Below are positions 27,180-35,139 of a stretch of 39,741 bases of DNA, in pieces. The notes beneath the pieces are model-generated. The model did no database searches. It was given only the letters and a program-made list of their open reading frames with translations, and was not told the DNA's origin. Location of the stretch: IMG/VR virus record IMGVR_UViG_3300020045_018243, positions 1-39,741 of that record; one strand, 5' to 3'. The DNA comes from a virus. Lineage: Duplodnaviria > Caudoviricetes. Every line of letters begins with the position of its first letter. Position 1 is the stretch's first letter. The position numbers were made by a program, and so were the translations under genes.

Positions 27180-28271
27180 TCATGACAACACCTTATAAAT
27201 TCGCACCAGTTCCGGCAGCGCGGCCCGTTCAATCATGCTGATCGGCATACCAGCCTTTTCGGTCACCACGTCGGCAGCCAGTTTCTTTTCGACTATTTTC
27301 TTTTCGATCTTGTCCAAGATTTCAAGCCGCTGGTGCTCTTCGGTCGAAACCTTCTGCTCAACCGGCGCGCTGGCCTCAGGAGAATCAGACCCAGCCGTCT
27401 CCGGTTGGTTCTCGTAATCTACTTCCAGAAACTCGGTATGGGGTGCTGATAGTAGGTCACACGTCGTAGGTTGAAAAGCGAATTTCGCGCCGGGCAGCTG
27501 GAATTTGGGGTCTGTTACAACGTTGCCTTCGTTTTCGATCGCGTGCGCATAGTCTTCCACGCTCATAGGCGCTGTCTTGAGTACTTTCTTCACGATGGTT
27601 TTCAGGGCCATCTCATCGTAGGATTTAGTCCACGGCGAATAGGCCGCGCCTTCTCCCTTGTTCGACGTGACAAATGCATCTACGTGCGCATCCATATCGT
27701 CGACGCTCATAAAACGAACGTCCCTCATACTTGGGTCCGTACCTTCCCATTTCGCCCAGTAGCCAATCAGTTTCCCTCGGTTCATCTTGTCGGTTTCTGG
27801 TAGCTTATGGATGATTTCTCGCTTGCCGAAGTCGATATCGAACACGTCCCGTTCATACACTTTGTCGGCAAAGACGCCGGTCACCTGATCCGATCGCCGG
27901 GCAAGCTTGATGAGCCCTTTCCAGCCCGATTCCCAGTTGCATGTCCAGACGCCCTTGATCTTTCTCGGGATGAACCAGCACTCTTGGGTGATCGGATTAT
28001 TCGGCTCAAGCTTGAGGAATGCGGACTTGAGCATGCAGCCAATCAGGCTTTCGGGCGAACACTGAGCGAGAAGAGGGGTTGATTTGACAATGCCGGTCAC
28101 GACTGCGATATAGCGGTCCAGCATGCTCTTGTCGGTCATGAGACTTTGCAGCCGGGCCTGCATATCCGGACCCATGAGGATGGCAAGCGCGCGGTTCTCA
28201 ATTGATCCAGCCGACGCCGCTCCGCTGCCTGATTTCTGAATAGTGCCCGTTGCCTTAGGCGGTATGCTCAT
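27180..28271 (-). CDS. recT: RecT-family single-strand annealing recombinase
   Basis: LAQCSPESLIGC...LEPN...GWKGLIKLARRS...PWTKSYDEMALKTIVK. Confidence 0.92.
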   Translation of the reverse strand: MSIPPKATGTIQKSGSGAASAGSIENRALAILMGPDMQARLQSLMTDKSMLDRYIAVVTGIVKSTPLLAQCSPESLIGCMLKSAFLKLEPNNPITQECWFIPRKIKGVWTCNWESGWKGLIKLARRSDQVTGVFADKVYERDVFDIDFGKREIIHKLPETDKMNRGKLIGYWAKWEGTDPSMRDVRFMSVDDMDAHVDAFVTSNKGEGAAYSPWTKSYDEMALKTIVKKVLKTAPMSVEDYAHAIENEGNVVTDPKFQLPGAKFAFQPTTCDLLSAPHTEFLEVDYENQPETAGSDSPEASAPVEQKVSTEEHQRLEILDKIEKKIVEKKLAADVVTEKAGMPISMIERAALPELVRIYKVLS

Positions 28272-29155
28272 TCGTCGTTACTCCAGAAATACTGTCGTTT
28301 GAAATACCAATCCGGCAAATCAACCTCATCGATTCGATCGCCATAGCCCTGCCAGATACCTGTTTGCCGACTGGTTTTAACACTTTTCAGGAGCGCGTAA
28401 AACTCATTTCGGCCGGTTTCGAGCATGCCTTGGCTGGCCTTGGTAAAGCGCACATGGTGCGGCGCATCGGGGTTGACCCATACCCAAACGAATTCATTTA
28501 TTCTCAGGCCCAGCGCGCGGGCTACTTCCACGTACATGGCCGCCGACAGGTGATAGGAGTAGTCAGCAATGGCCGATTGGAGGTTTCTGTCATTCGGTGC
28601 TTTGGCGATCGACTTGATATCGAATATCGTGCCGCCTAGCGTGCGTCCCATGAGCAAGCAATCGAGCCTGACTTTGCACATGACGCCTTCGATTTCCGCT
28701 ATCAGTGTCAGTTCCTTCTGCCCGAAGCGGTCGGGGTTATGCCATAGCCCGGGGTTGGTCTCATCCTTCCCGTGGTTTCGGATAGCCTCAGCCATGCCCA
28801 GGCAATCCCGGACGATGGGGTAGTCGATGAGCGGCTTTTTCTGTTCCTCTGCCATGGCCTTGTACGCGTCCCAAGTTTCCTTGTCGCCGCCGTTGCATAC
28901 CTTTTTGGCCTTATCTCTCAGCTGTTCGGGGACGAGAATGTACCGCTCGCGCACAGTATGCGGCTCGAGCAGCATGGCATGCAGAAGGCCACCGCGTAGC
29001 AGCGCATCACTGCTCTTTTCTTCGTGGTTGGCGATTGCATATTGGAAGTCTCTCGGCGTGCCGTCCAGCATGACTTTGAGATGAGATGAGCGCAGGCCAT
29101 AGTGTGCATGGTATTCGGAATAGGGAATATCCCGGTGTATGCCGACTGGAAGCAT
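28268..29155 (-). CDS. recE: RecE / exonuclease VIII-like PD-(D/E)XK nuclease (DUF3799-like)
   Basis: EYHA...SSHLK...GGLLHAMLLEP...CKVRLD...DIKS...YHLSAAMY; adjacent to recT. Confidence 0.88.
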   Translation of the reverse strand: MLPVGIHRDIPYSEYHAHYGLRSSHLKVMLDGTPRDFQYAIANHEEKSSDALLRGGLLHAMLLEPHTVRERYILVPEQLRDKAKKVCNGGDKETWDAYKAMAEEQKKPLIDYPIVRDCLGMAEAIRNHGKDETNPGLWHNPDRFGQKELTLIAEIEGVMCKVRLDCLLMGRTLGGTIFDIKSIAKAPNDRNLQSAIADYSYHLSAAMYVEVARALGLRINEFVWVWVNPDAPHHVRFTKASQGMLETGRNEFYALLKSVKTSRQTGIWQGYGDRIDEVDLPDWYFKRQYFWSNDE

Positions 29156-29214
29156 GGTGTTTCCTCTGATTCAGTTTTTGAGCAGAGGGAAATTACCATG
29201 TAAGGCATGGTGGG

Positions 29215-29433
29215 TCAAGGTTCTGGCTGGGATTGGATCTCCTTCACGTACTCCTCAAGCCTTGCCAGTGAGACTACGCAGCAATGAGAAACTTCGTATT
29301 CGCCGATCATGGTTTCGCATAGATATTCCGCATAACCATCCTCTTCGTCGTAGTGGCAGCTGGGACAGCAAGGGCCTGGTCTTATTCCGCAAGGGAAATA
29401 GAGGAATTTCATTTCACAAAACTCCGGGGTCAA
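29215..29433 (-). CDS. Cys-rich hypothetical protein
   Basis: CCPSCH and HCC; coupled to the upstream ORF. Confidence 0.5.
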   Translation of the reverse strand: MTPEFCEMKFLYFPCGIRPGPCCPSCHYDEEDGYAEYLCETMIGEYEVSHCCVVSLARLEEYVKEIQSQPEP

Positions 29434-29585
29434 GGGTTGGGAGAAGGTTTGGCTAGTTCGATCAGTTCATCGATCAGCCATTGGATTCCTAGATCCAGTG
29501 ATGGCGCTTTCTTCACATATGCCTTAGTGATTGTCGCCATGAAATACAGTTCGTCCTCTGATTTCGCTATGTCTGGGGTGTTCAT
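29430..29585 (-). CDS. Small hypothetical protein (MNTPDIAKSEDELY...)
   Basis: Operon position; ATGA overlap downstream. Confidence 0.5.
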   Translation of the reverse strand: MNTPDIAKSEDELYFMATITKAYVKKAPSLDLGIQWLIDELIELAKPSPNP

Positions 29586-29595
29586 TGCTCGACTT

Positions 29596-29859
29596 TCATG
29601 ATGGATACATTTCAAGAATGAAGTTTGCGAATGCGCGGGCATCCTCAGGACTTCTAAAGGTCCAAGTTTCCCGGTCGCCAGTATGGATTTTCAGGCACAT
29701 TTTTAGCTCGCCGCATTCGCCCACAAACGCTTCATTATAGCCGTCCCGTTGGCCTAGAATCCCTATATTGTGTTGAGGTGATTTTGGCAGATTTTTTGCT
29801 AGTTTCTGCATTTCGTCGGTATACCGCTGGTTGGCCAGCATAAATTCTCTCGCATTCAT
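29596..29859 (-). CDS. Hypothetical protein
   Basis: GAGG RBS; coupled. Confidence 0.6.
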   Translation of the reverse strand: MNAREFMLANQRYTDEMQKLAKNLPKSPQHNIGILGQRDGYNEAFVGECGELKMCLKIHTGDRETWTFRSPEDARAFANFILEMYPS

Positions 29860-30092
29860 TGCTCAACCTCAATTTCTGTAGCGCGCATTTCCGCTTGGTC
29901 CCATTGCACGATCGGCTTAACGGAGCCCAGGATTTTTTCATACGCTTCCACCTGCCCGAGTAGATACGGGATTGCATCAATCAATCGACCGGCTATTTCA
30001 CGCAATGCAATTGGGTCGCGCTCGCTTGGGGATTTGTTCAGTTCCGCATATCGCAGCGCGAGAAGGTTCCTGATTTTTTCGATTCCAGTCAT
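29856..30092 (-). CDS. Hypothetical protein
   Basis: Coupled on both sides. Confidence 0.6.
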   Translation of the reverse strand: MTGIEKIRNLLALRYAELNKSPSERDPIALREIAGRLIDAIPYLLGQVEAYEKILGSVKPIVQWDQAEMRATEIEVEQ

Positions 30093-30295
30093 TTTTTCTC
30101 ACCTACGTCCAGCGCAGCCAACGCTATTCTTAGCTCGCATTCTGCACATTCATTGCAATGCAAAACACAAAACCCATTCTCGGTTGGCAATGGATTTCCG
30201 CATTCTGGGTGCATGTTTTTCGCCGCGTCAGCGACGGCCTCAAGTCTCTGAATATAGTCAACCCATAATTCTGCATTTTTTTTTTCGTTGGTCAT
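30089..30295 (-). CDS. Cys-rich hypothetical protein
   Basis: GGAGG RBS; coupled. Confidence 0.55.
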   Translation of the reverse strand: MTNEKKNAELWVDYIQRLEAVADAAKNMHPECGNPLPTENGFCVLHCNECAECELRIALAALDVGEKK

Positions 30296-30333
30296 CCCTC
30301 CCCCTCCTTCACCAGCGAATCATCGCCAAAGAT

Positions 30334-30915
30334 TCATTCTTTCCCGCCTTGAATCAATCTCAATTGATGAATTGCCTCATCAGCTGTGACAGTTTTGCCG
30401 CCAGCAATTTTTTCCACCAGCATCAATAATCGATCGATTTGCTGGTCCTTCGTTTCCAGTTGCTGGTCCTTCGTTTCCAGTTGTCTGGTCAAAGTTTGAA
30501 TCAACAGGCTCATGTCATTTTCCTTCTTTTTCATACGCCGTATCGTCTTTTTCATATCAAAAATTACATGGAATTCTGCAAGGAAAATTTCAAATTCTTT
30601 ACTGAATTCCGGTAGGCCGAAGCCCGTTTTTGGGGGTTCTTTCGACTTGGATGCGAAAAGACTGCTGACAACATAAGTGTTTGTGTCTTCTAGACGTCCA
30701 AATTTTATAGCTTCTAGGGCCTGTAACGCTTTCTGAATACTGCGCTGAGTTTGGTTAGTCAAGCGTGCAATGGCCTGTGTGATTGACATTCGTAGGGTGA
30801 CACGATTGCTTTCATCCATTGCGGAAAGCAGGACAGCTTGGCAAATGTCTTTTGTGTCGCCCGTTTCGAATGCATCAGCCAACGTTGCGACGCAATATTG
30901 TTTCCAGAATTCCAT
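30334..30915 (-). CDS. RepL-like winged-helix protein with C-terminal coiled coil
   Basis: LLSAMDESN...IARLTNQTQRSIQKALQAL...YVVSSLFA resembles the RepL HTH; AAGGA RBS. Confidence 0.55.
   Translation of the reverse strand: MEFWKQYCVATLADAFETGDTKDICQAVLLSAMDESNRVTLRMSITQAIARLTNQTQRSIQKALQALEAIKFGRLEDTNTYVVSSLFASKSKEPPKTGFGLPEFSKEFEIFLAEFHVIFDMKKTIRRMKKKENDMSLLIQTLTRQLETKDQQLETKDQQIDRLLMLVEKIAGGKTVTADEAIHQLRLIQGGKE
30439..30483. repeat. Perfect 21-bp tandem repeat (QLETKDQ twice)
   Basis: ttgctggtccttcgtttccag twice, plus ttg. Confidence 0.95.
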
Positions 30916-30967
30916 GTAAACATCCTTGTTTCCAGGGGTTTTATCGTGTTTTTAGCAATGAAGTCTC

Positions 30968-30996
30968 ACCCTACGCTATCGTTTTGAAGTTTGCAA
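30968..30996 (-). promoter_or_regulatory. Putative leftward sigma70 promoter of the early operon
   Basis: TTGCAA-17 nt-TAGGGT on the minus strand. Confidence 0.4.
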
Positions 30997-31031
30997 TAGT
31001 CGCCAAAGAAGCCGCTATGATGACATACAAA

Positions 31032-31085
31032 GCGAACGTTTTGTTCGCTTTTGGGGGGTTCGACGCGAACGTTTTGTTCGCTTTT
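31032..31085. repeat. Two identical 21-bp copies of a palindromic site (GCGAAC-N5-GTTCGC), 33 bp apart
   Basis: gcgaacgttttgttcgctttt at 31032-31052 and 31065-31085. Confidence 0.9.
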
Positions 31086-31584
31086 TTGTTTCCAACATAT
31101 TGAAAATATTAGGATGGTTTATCGCTCCTATCTTAGAGTCTCAGGTCCCCTGTCCTCTCGAAGCACAGAAGGCAGGAAAACCCAAAATCCCCTTTCCCCA
31201 TAAAAAATCCCCCAACCCTCACTCACAATGGGCTGGGTTGGGCTGGTTCCCGTTCCAGGCATCCCGGTCTCAACTGGTTGCGCCGAGCTATCGGTCGCTA
31301 AGCGCGCCCTTAGCCGCCCGTCGCCTGAATGAGCCTTTGGCTGGTTTTGAAAAGAGAATCCGAAACCGCTCAAAGAGCGCAGGGAGTCGGCGTACCCGAG
31401 CAGCTTGCTGCGACGGTCGGCGAAATGCCTTTAAAGGGACAAAAGCTATTGCCCTCTCTGTGCGCGTAAACTATTGTCCGGCTATGCCTATTGCGTACTG
31501 GTAAAAGACAAGAGACATTCTCATTTTTCAAAACCGGATTCGGCATTTGCTGAAACCGGGCTTTCCTTTGAAGGGGTAGTAAAC

Positions 31585-32085
31585 ATGGCAACTGGACGAC
31601 AAATCGAATACGTGCAGGAGATAGAGGCCGCAGCTGCGGCGATAAAGATAGAGGCTGGTAACCGCACGCCAACAATCACTGAAGTCCTCTCCCTCGCTGG
31701 AACCGGATCAACGGAAATGTCAGCATTCACCGTTCGCCTGAGAGCAGGGCGCGAATTGAAATTATTGACACGCATGCATGAGGCCTTTTTGTCATTGGGT
31801 TTAAACCCTAAGCAGTTGGCTCAGGCGGTATCCGATCTAACCATGGGTGTGGAGCGTCCCCCTCTGCAGCGCGGAAACGAGGGTTCTGAGGCCGTGGAAT
31901 TCATCCCGAGCCCAGTTAGGCCACAACCCGCTGGGACGAATTCTGCGCCTTATCTGGTGCCTCAGACCGAGCCTGCTTTCAGCCATGTCCTCGGCCAGGT
32001 GACCGATATCCTCGACAGGGTGTCCCCGAAAATGCAGAAGCGGGTCATCATGGGCCTGTGCGGTAGCTATGAGGTTGGGGGGTGA
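31585..32085 (+). CDS. Putative KfrA-N-like DNA-binding protein
   Basis: EIEAAAAAI...RTPTITEVLSLAGTGS resembles the plasmid KfrA N-terminal HTH; AGGGG RBS. Confidence 0.5.
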   Translation: MATGRQIEYVQEIEAAAAAIKIEAGNRTPTITEVLSLAGTGSTEMSAFTVRLRAGRELKLLTRMHEAFLSLGLNPKQLAQAVSDLTMGVERPPLQRGNEGSEAVEFIPSPVRPQPAGTNSAPYLVPQTEPAFSHVLGQVTDILDRVSPKMQKRVIMGLCGSYEVGG

Positions 32086-32216
32086 CATCCCGAGAAGAGA
32101 ATAGAGCGGTCGCGTAGCCATTGACTGGCAAGGGCTCCAATTTTGGTACTTGGCATCAGGGACAAAGTAGGTTTACTGAAGAGACCAACTTCCCCTTGTT
32201 GTGCGGAGATACCTGA

Positions 32217-32657
32217 TTGGAAACGGACTTCAGAATGACGCGATTGGTTGACGCTTTCACTGGTGAGCAATTGGATGGAATCCCATTTCTCACGAGACCC
32301 AAGAGAAAATATTACGACAAGGAGTACGCAGTCATGTTTCTCCTCGACTTGGAGCGGGTAGCAAAGGACCAGGACCTTTCTTTTCAGGAAGTCCGCGTGC
32401 TGCTATTTCTGATATCCAAGGTAGGCATGCAGAATCAGATTATCATCGAGCAAAAAACAATTGCGACAGAATTGCAAATGCACCATACCAACGTGTCCAA
32501 GATCATGCGTCGGCTCAGGGAAAAAGGTTTCATCGAGAAATCAATGAAGCGCGGGCCTGTCTACCGACTCAGCCCGAATGTTGGCTGGCGCGGTACCGGC
32601 AAGGATTGGAAGCTGGAACAGGACAAACGAGTAATCGAGAAGAAGGCGATGGCATGA
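32217..32657 (+). CDS. repL: RepL-family plasmid replication/maintenance protein
   Basis: LVDxxTGE...RVLLFLI...NQIIIEQKTIATEL...VSKIMRRLREKGFI...YRLSPNVGWRG. Confidence 0.8.
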   Translation: METDFRMTRLVDAFTGEQLDGIPFLTRPKRKYYDKEYAVMFLLDLERVAKDQDLSFQEVRVLLFLISKVGMQNQIIIEQKTIATELQMHHTNVSKIMRRLREKGFIEKSMKRGPVYRLSPNVGWRGTGKDWKLEQDKRVIEKKAMA

Positions 32658-32704
32658 CGCGTGAATTTGAAGTGCCTGGAGAACAACATACCGAGGCCTG
32701 AGAA

Positions 32705-33229
32705 ATGAAAATCGAAAAACTCTACATCGTATCAGAAGAAAATCTCGGTCGAATGGCAGGAGCAGCATACAGTCATGGTGAGCATCGAAAAAATCCTCTC
32801 TGCAAAAAGGAATCGTATGACCGTCAGCGCGAGTGCAAGGAAATTGAAATCAACACGGATACCGCTCTGGTATCTGAGAGCATGATAGCCTTGAAAGCCC
32901 TTAAGCACGAAGGCCGTCAGCTGACATGGGATGAGGTGAACAGTCTCCTTGATCACTGCATTGAGCTGATCAAAATCAAGCGAGGAGAGAAAACAAGTCG
33001 ACGGGCTAATCAAAGCCCTCCAGGGGGTCGGGTGGAACCGCAAATCGATTTGGAAAAAACCAAGCAAGTGAGCCTTTCCCAGCTGATTCGGGCGGGTGAG
33101 AAGACTTGGCTTGAAATGCCATTTGTGCAGATAGTTGTAAGAGAAAAGATGTTCAAGGAACTGGTGACCCGCATGGCCTTTCACCTCGGGTATATCGATA
33201 CCCTTTTCGAGCAGGACGCCGAAAAATGA
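32705..33229 (+). CDS. Hypothetical protein
   Basis: 174 aa ORF in the rightward operon. Confidence 0.6.
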   Translation: MKIEKLYIVSEENLGRMAGAAYSHGEHRKNPLCKKESYDRQRECKEIEINTDTALVSESMIALKALKHEGRQLTWDEVNSLLDHCIELIKIKRGEKTSRRANQSPPGGRVEPQIDLEKTKQVSLSQLIRAGEKTWLEMPFVQIVVREKMFKELVTRMAFHLGYIDTLFEQDAEK

Positions 33230-33477
33230 TCGAAATCCTCACCGAATGGTTGAATGTCATCGCTTTAGTCACGCAGATAGCGGTGCTTTTCCTGTGGGTC
33301 ATGCTTTACCAAAGACAGAAGAAAGAAACCGACTACTGGTACGGGCGCTGGGAAAAAGAAACGCATGCCAATCTAATCCTGCGGACCATCGCGACAGACT
33401 GCGAATTGCAGCGGGCGCTGCACAGATGCACCGCGCCTAATCCAACAAAACTTCAAGTACAGGACGTGGGACTATGA
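33226..33477 (+). CDS. Small membrane protein
   Basis: N-terminal TM helix; coupled. Confidence 0.6.
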   Translation: MIEILTEWLNVIALVTQIAVLFLWVMLYQRQKKETDYWYGRWEKETHANLILRTIATDCELQRALHRCTAPNPTKLQVQDVGL

Positions 33478-33755
33478 CCTTCAAATCACCCGACAGCCTG
33501 CATTGCCTCATGGAAGCAATGGTACTGGGCGAAATCAGACGACTGAGAATCGAGTCGAACGAAATCCAAACGAAATATAAAGTTGTGGTGGATTACAACC
33601 AGACGTACACCGGCTCATCAATCCGGCAAGCGTGCGACAACGCTTGGTCTGCACAAATCACGAAGCGAGCAGCGGAAATCAGCAAGAAAAAATCACCGGT
33701 CAACGCGAATTTCGGTGCGACGTTTCTCGAAAAAACTGCACAAGTGGAGGATTGA
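33474..33755 (+). CDS. Hypothetical protein
   Basis: Coupled ORF. Confidence 0.55.
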   Translation: MTFKSPDSLHCLMEAMVLGEIRRLRIESNEIQTKYKVVVDYNQTYTGSSIRQACDNAWSAQITKRAAEISKKKSPVNANFGATFLEKTAQVED

Positions 33756-33758
33756 AAC

Positions 33759-34205
33759 ATGCTCAAGTCCCTAATCATCGGTCTCTTACTCACAACCCCA
33801 GCAATTGCAAAAGAACCATGGGAACTCGATATTCCCTCCCTCGATGATCAAATCAACGCAGCACTTGCCGACAAACGGGATGCAGTGCTGGAAGAAGTCA
33901 GGACGAACGACTACTTCGCGGGCACGCTGTTTAAATTCACCGATCACCAAGGCCAGGAATTCATCATCGATCGGCTTGCACAGACGCCGAAGAGAACACC
34001 TGGGAACCCGCCGCCGCGCCTTGAAACACTCGGTTCACTGCTCGGCGGTCTTTCAACGGAAGCAAGGGGACGGGTGAGAGTCGAGGTGAAGCGGCAATTC
34101 TATCAGGACGGCACGCTGAAGTCCGAAGACTGGATCATAGATATGGGAGGGAGTTGGCAAGCGGAAACAGGAATGGGGGAAGCTAATGACAAGGCCCACA
34201 AGTGA
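33759..34205 (+). CDS. Exported hypothetical protein
   Basis: GGAGG RBS; signal peptide ending PAIA-K. Confidence 0.65.
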   Translation: MLKSLIIGLLLTTPAIAKEPWELDIPSLDDQINAALADKRDAVLEEVRTNDYFAGTLFKFTDHQGQEFIIDRLAQTPKRTPGNPPPRLETLGSLLGGLSTEARGRVRVEVKRQFYQDGTLKSEDWIIDMGGSWQAETGMGEANDKAHK

Positions 34206-34219
34206 AGGTGGAATAAAAA

Positions 34220-34540
34220 ATGATTGAACAGCTTGAACCGCCTACAGATTGGAGTCGGTTCTTTTTAGGCACGATGCCTGATGGAAACAGATTATGGCTT
34301 GTTGGGCAGTTGCGAATCATCATCGAAACGAATTTCGAAAGTGGCATTCGCTGTCCACAGCATCATATTTCCTTTTCGCTTCAATCCGGAAATATGCCGT
34401 CTGAAGCTTTGTGCATGAAAATGGCAAAACAGGTTCGAAGCGGACGATGGGAGGTTGATAACCGATATTCTAAATCCAAGAATATTCAACATCTTTGGCT
34501 TCTGGACCCTGAATGGCCAATTGGTGGGGACGAAAACTGA
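34220..34540 (+). CDS. Hypothetical protein (HHISFS...HLW motif)
   Basis: RBS present; His pattern seen in small phage proteins. Confidence 0.6.
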   Translation: MIEQLEPPTDWSRFFLGTMPDGNRLWLVGQLRIIIETNFESGIRCPQHHISFSLQSGNMPSEALCMKMAKQVRSGRWEVDNRYSKSKNIQHLWLLDPEWPIGGDEN

Positions 34541-34551
34541 AAACTCCAAGT

Positions 34552-34580
34552 TTGCCAAACTATTTTCGGAGTGTTAGTGT
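34552..34580 (+). promoter_or_regulatory. Putative sigma70 promoter for the RNA genes
   Basis: TTGCCA-17 nt-TAGTGT with extended -10 TG; predicted start near 34587. Confidence 0.6.
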
Positions 34581-34588
34581 TCGATCTT

Positions 34589-34722
34589 GCCGACCGAAGG
34601 TATCCCCGCCGGGTTGATTGTTTCCGGCATGTTGCTGCTGGGATGGGTTCTCAGTGGCTCACCCATGACGGAGCGCAGCATTCAAGCTGATCGCGGGCTC
34701 GGTTCAAATCCGGGGGTTGGCA
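34589..34722 (+). ncRNA. tRNA-like structured RNA, 134 nt (acceptor stem plus T-arm, enlarged interior)
   Basis: GCCGACC/GGTTGGC-A acceptor; CTCGG-TTCAAAT-CCGGG T-arm; several internal helices. Confidence 0.7.
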
Positions 34723-34736
34723 AAAAATGTTTGTGT

Positions 34737-34811
34737 GGTGAACGTGACCGAGTGGCTTAAGGTGCCCGCCTGTGAAGCGGGATTTCGCGGGTTCGAATCC
34801 CGTCGTTCACA
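34737..34811 (+). tRNA. tRNA-His (GTG); CCA not encoded
   Basis: GTGAACG/CGTTCAC acceptor, ACC/GGT D-stem, CCCGC-CTGTGAA-GCGGG anticodon arm, GCGGG-TTCGAAT-CCCGT T-arm. Confidence 0.93.
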
Positions 34812-34813
34812 CT

Positions 34814-35002
34814 TCAAATTCTTCCAACCTGCTCATATTGCGCCTGCACGTAGTCAATCAAACCCCGCATGATTTCCGATTCCGTCACGCCCTCAGCTTC
34901 GGCCAATGCCCGCACGAAAAGCGCATTGTTCAAGCTGATATTGTAAGTCCGACGCGTGCCGTTGATCAAAGGCTTAGGCCCTGGTTTCTTTTTTTTCTTC
35001 AT
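34814..35002 (-). CDS. Ribbon-helix-helix (CopG-like) DNA-binding protein
   Basis: RTYNISL...LAEAEGVTESEIMRGLID. Confidence 0.75.
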   Translation of the reverse strand: MKKKKKPGPKPLINGTRRTYNISLNNALFVRALAEAEGVTESEIMRGLIDYVQAQYEQVGRI

Positions 35003-35139
35003 AGTCCACCCGCGATAAAAGTCAGCGCCGCCACGAAAAAGAAACCGCCTATCAGGCATATGAGAATCTCTGAGCCCTCGTCGACCTGGGTCAACCGGTG
35101 TTCCTCGTCTGTGAAGCCCGGGAGTTTTCTCTTATTCAT
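34999..35139 (-). CDS. Small membrane protein, 46 aa (MNKRKLPGF...ILICLIGGFFFVAALTFIAGGL), missing from the ORF track
   Basis: ATGA overlaps at both ends; C-terminal TM helix. Confidence 0.6.
   Translation of the reverse strand: MNKRKLPGFTDEEHRLTQVDEGSEILICLIGGFFFVAALTFIAGGL

Noticed and set aside
29215-29433. CPSCH as a heme-c motif
   Set aside because: Small Cys-rich protein with no export signal; more likely binds zinc
31032-31085. Mini-CRISPR array
   Set aside because: Only two 21-bp units with a 12-bp gap and no cas genes; fits operators or iterons better
30819-31675. ORFs 30819-31103, 31100-31504, 31128-31373 and 31370-31675
   Set aside because: No convincing RBS or protein-like composition; they overlap repeats and hairpins of the control region
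34675-34690. TCA (Sec/opal suppressor) or CAA (Leu) anticodon in the tRNA-like RNA
   Set aside because: cagc/gctg leaves a 6-nt loop and the CAA register gives a mostly unpaired stem, so no canonical anticodon arm is supported
34589-34722. Bona fide tmRNA (ssrA)
   Set aside because: Far too short, no G3:U70 alanine determinant and no tag reading frame
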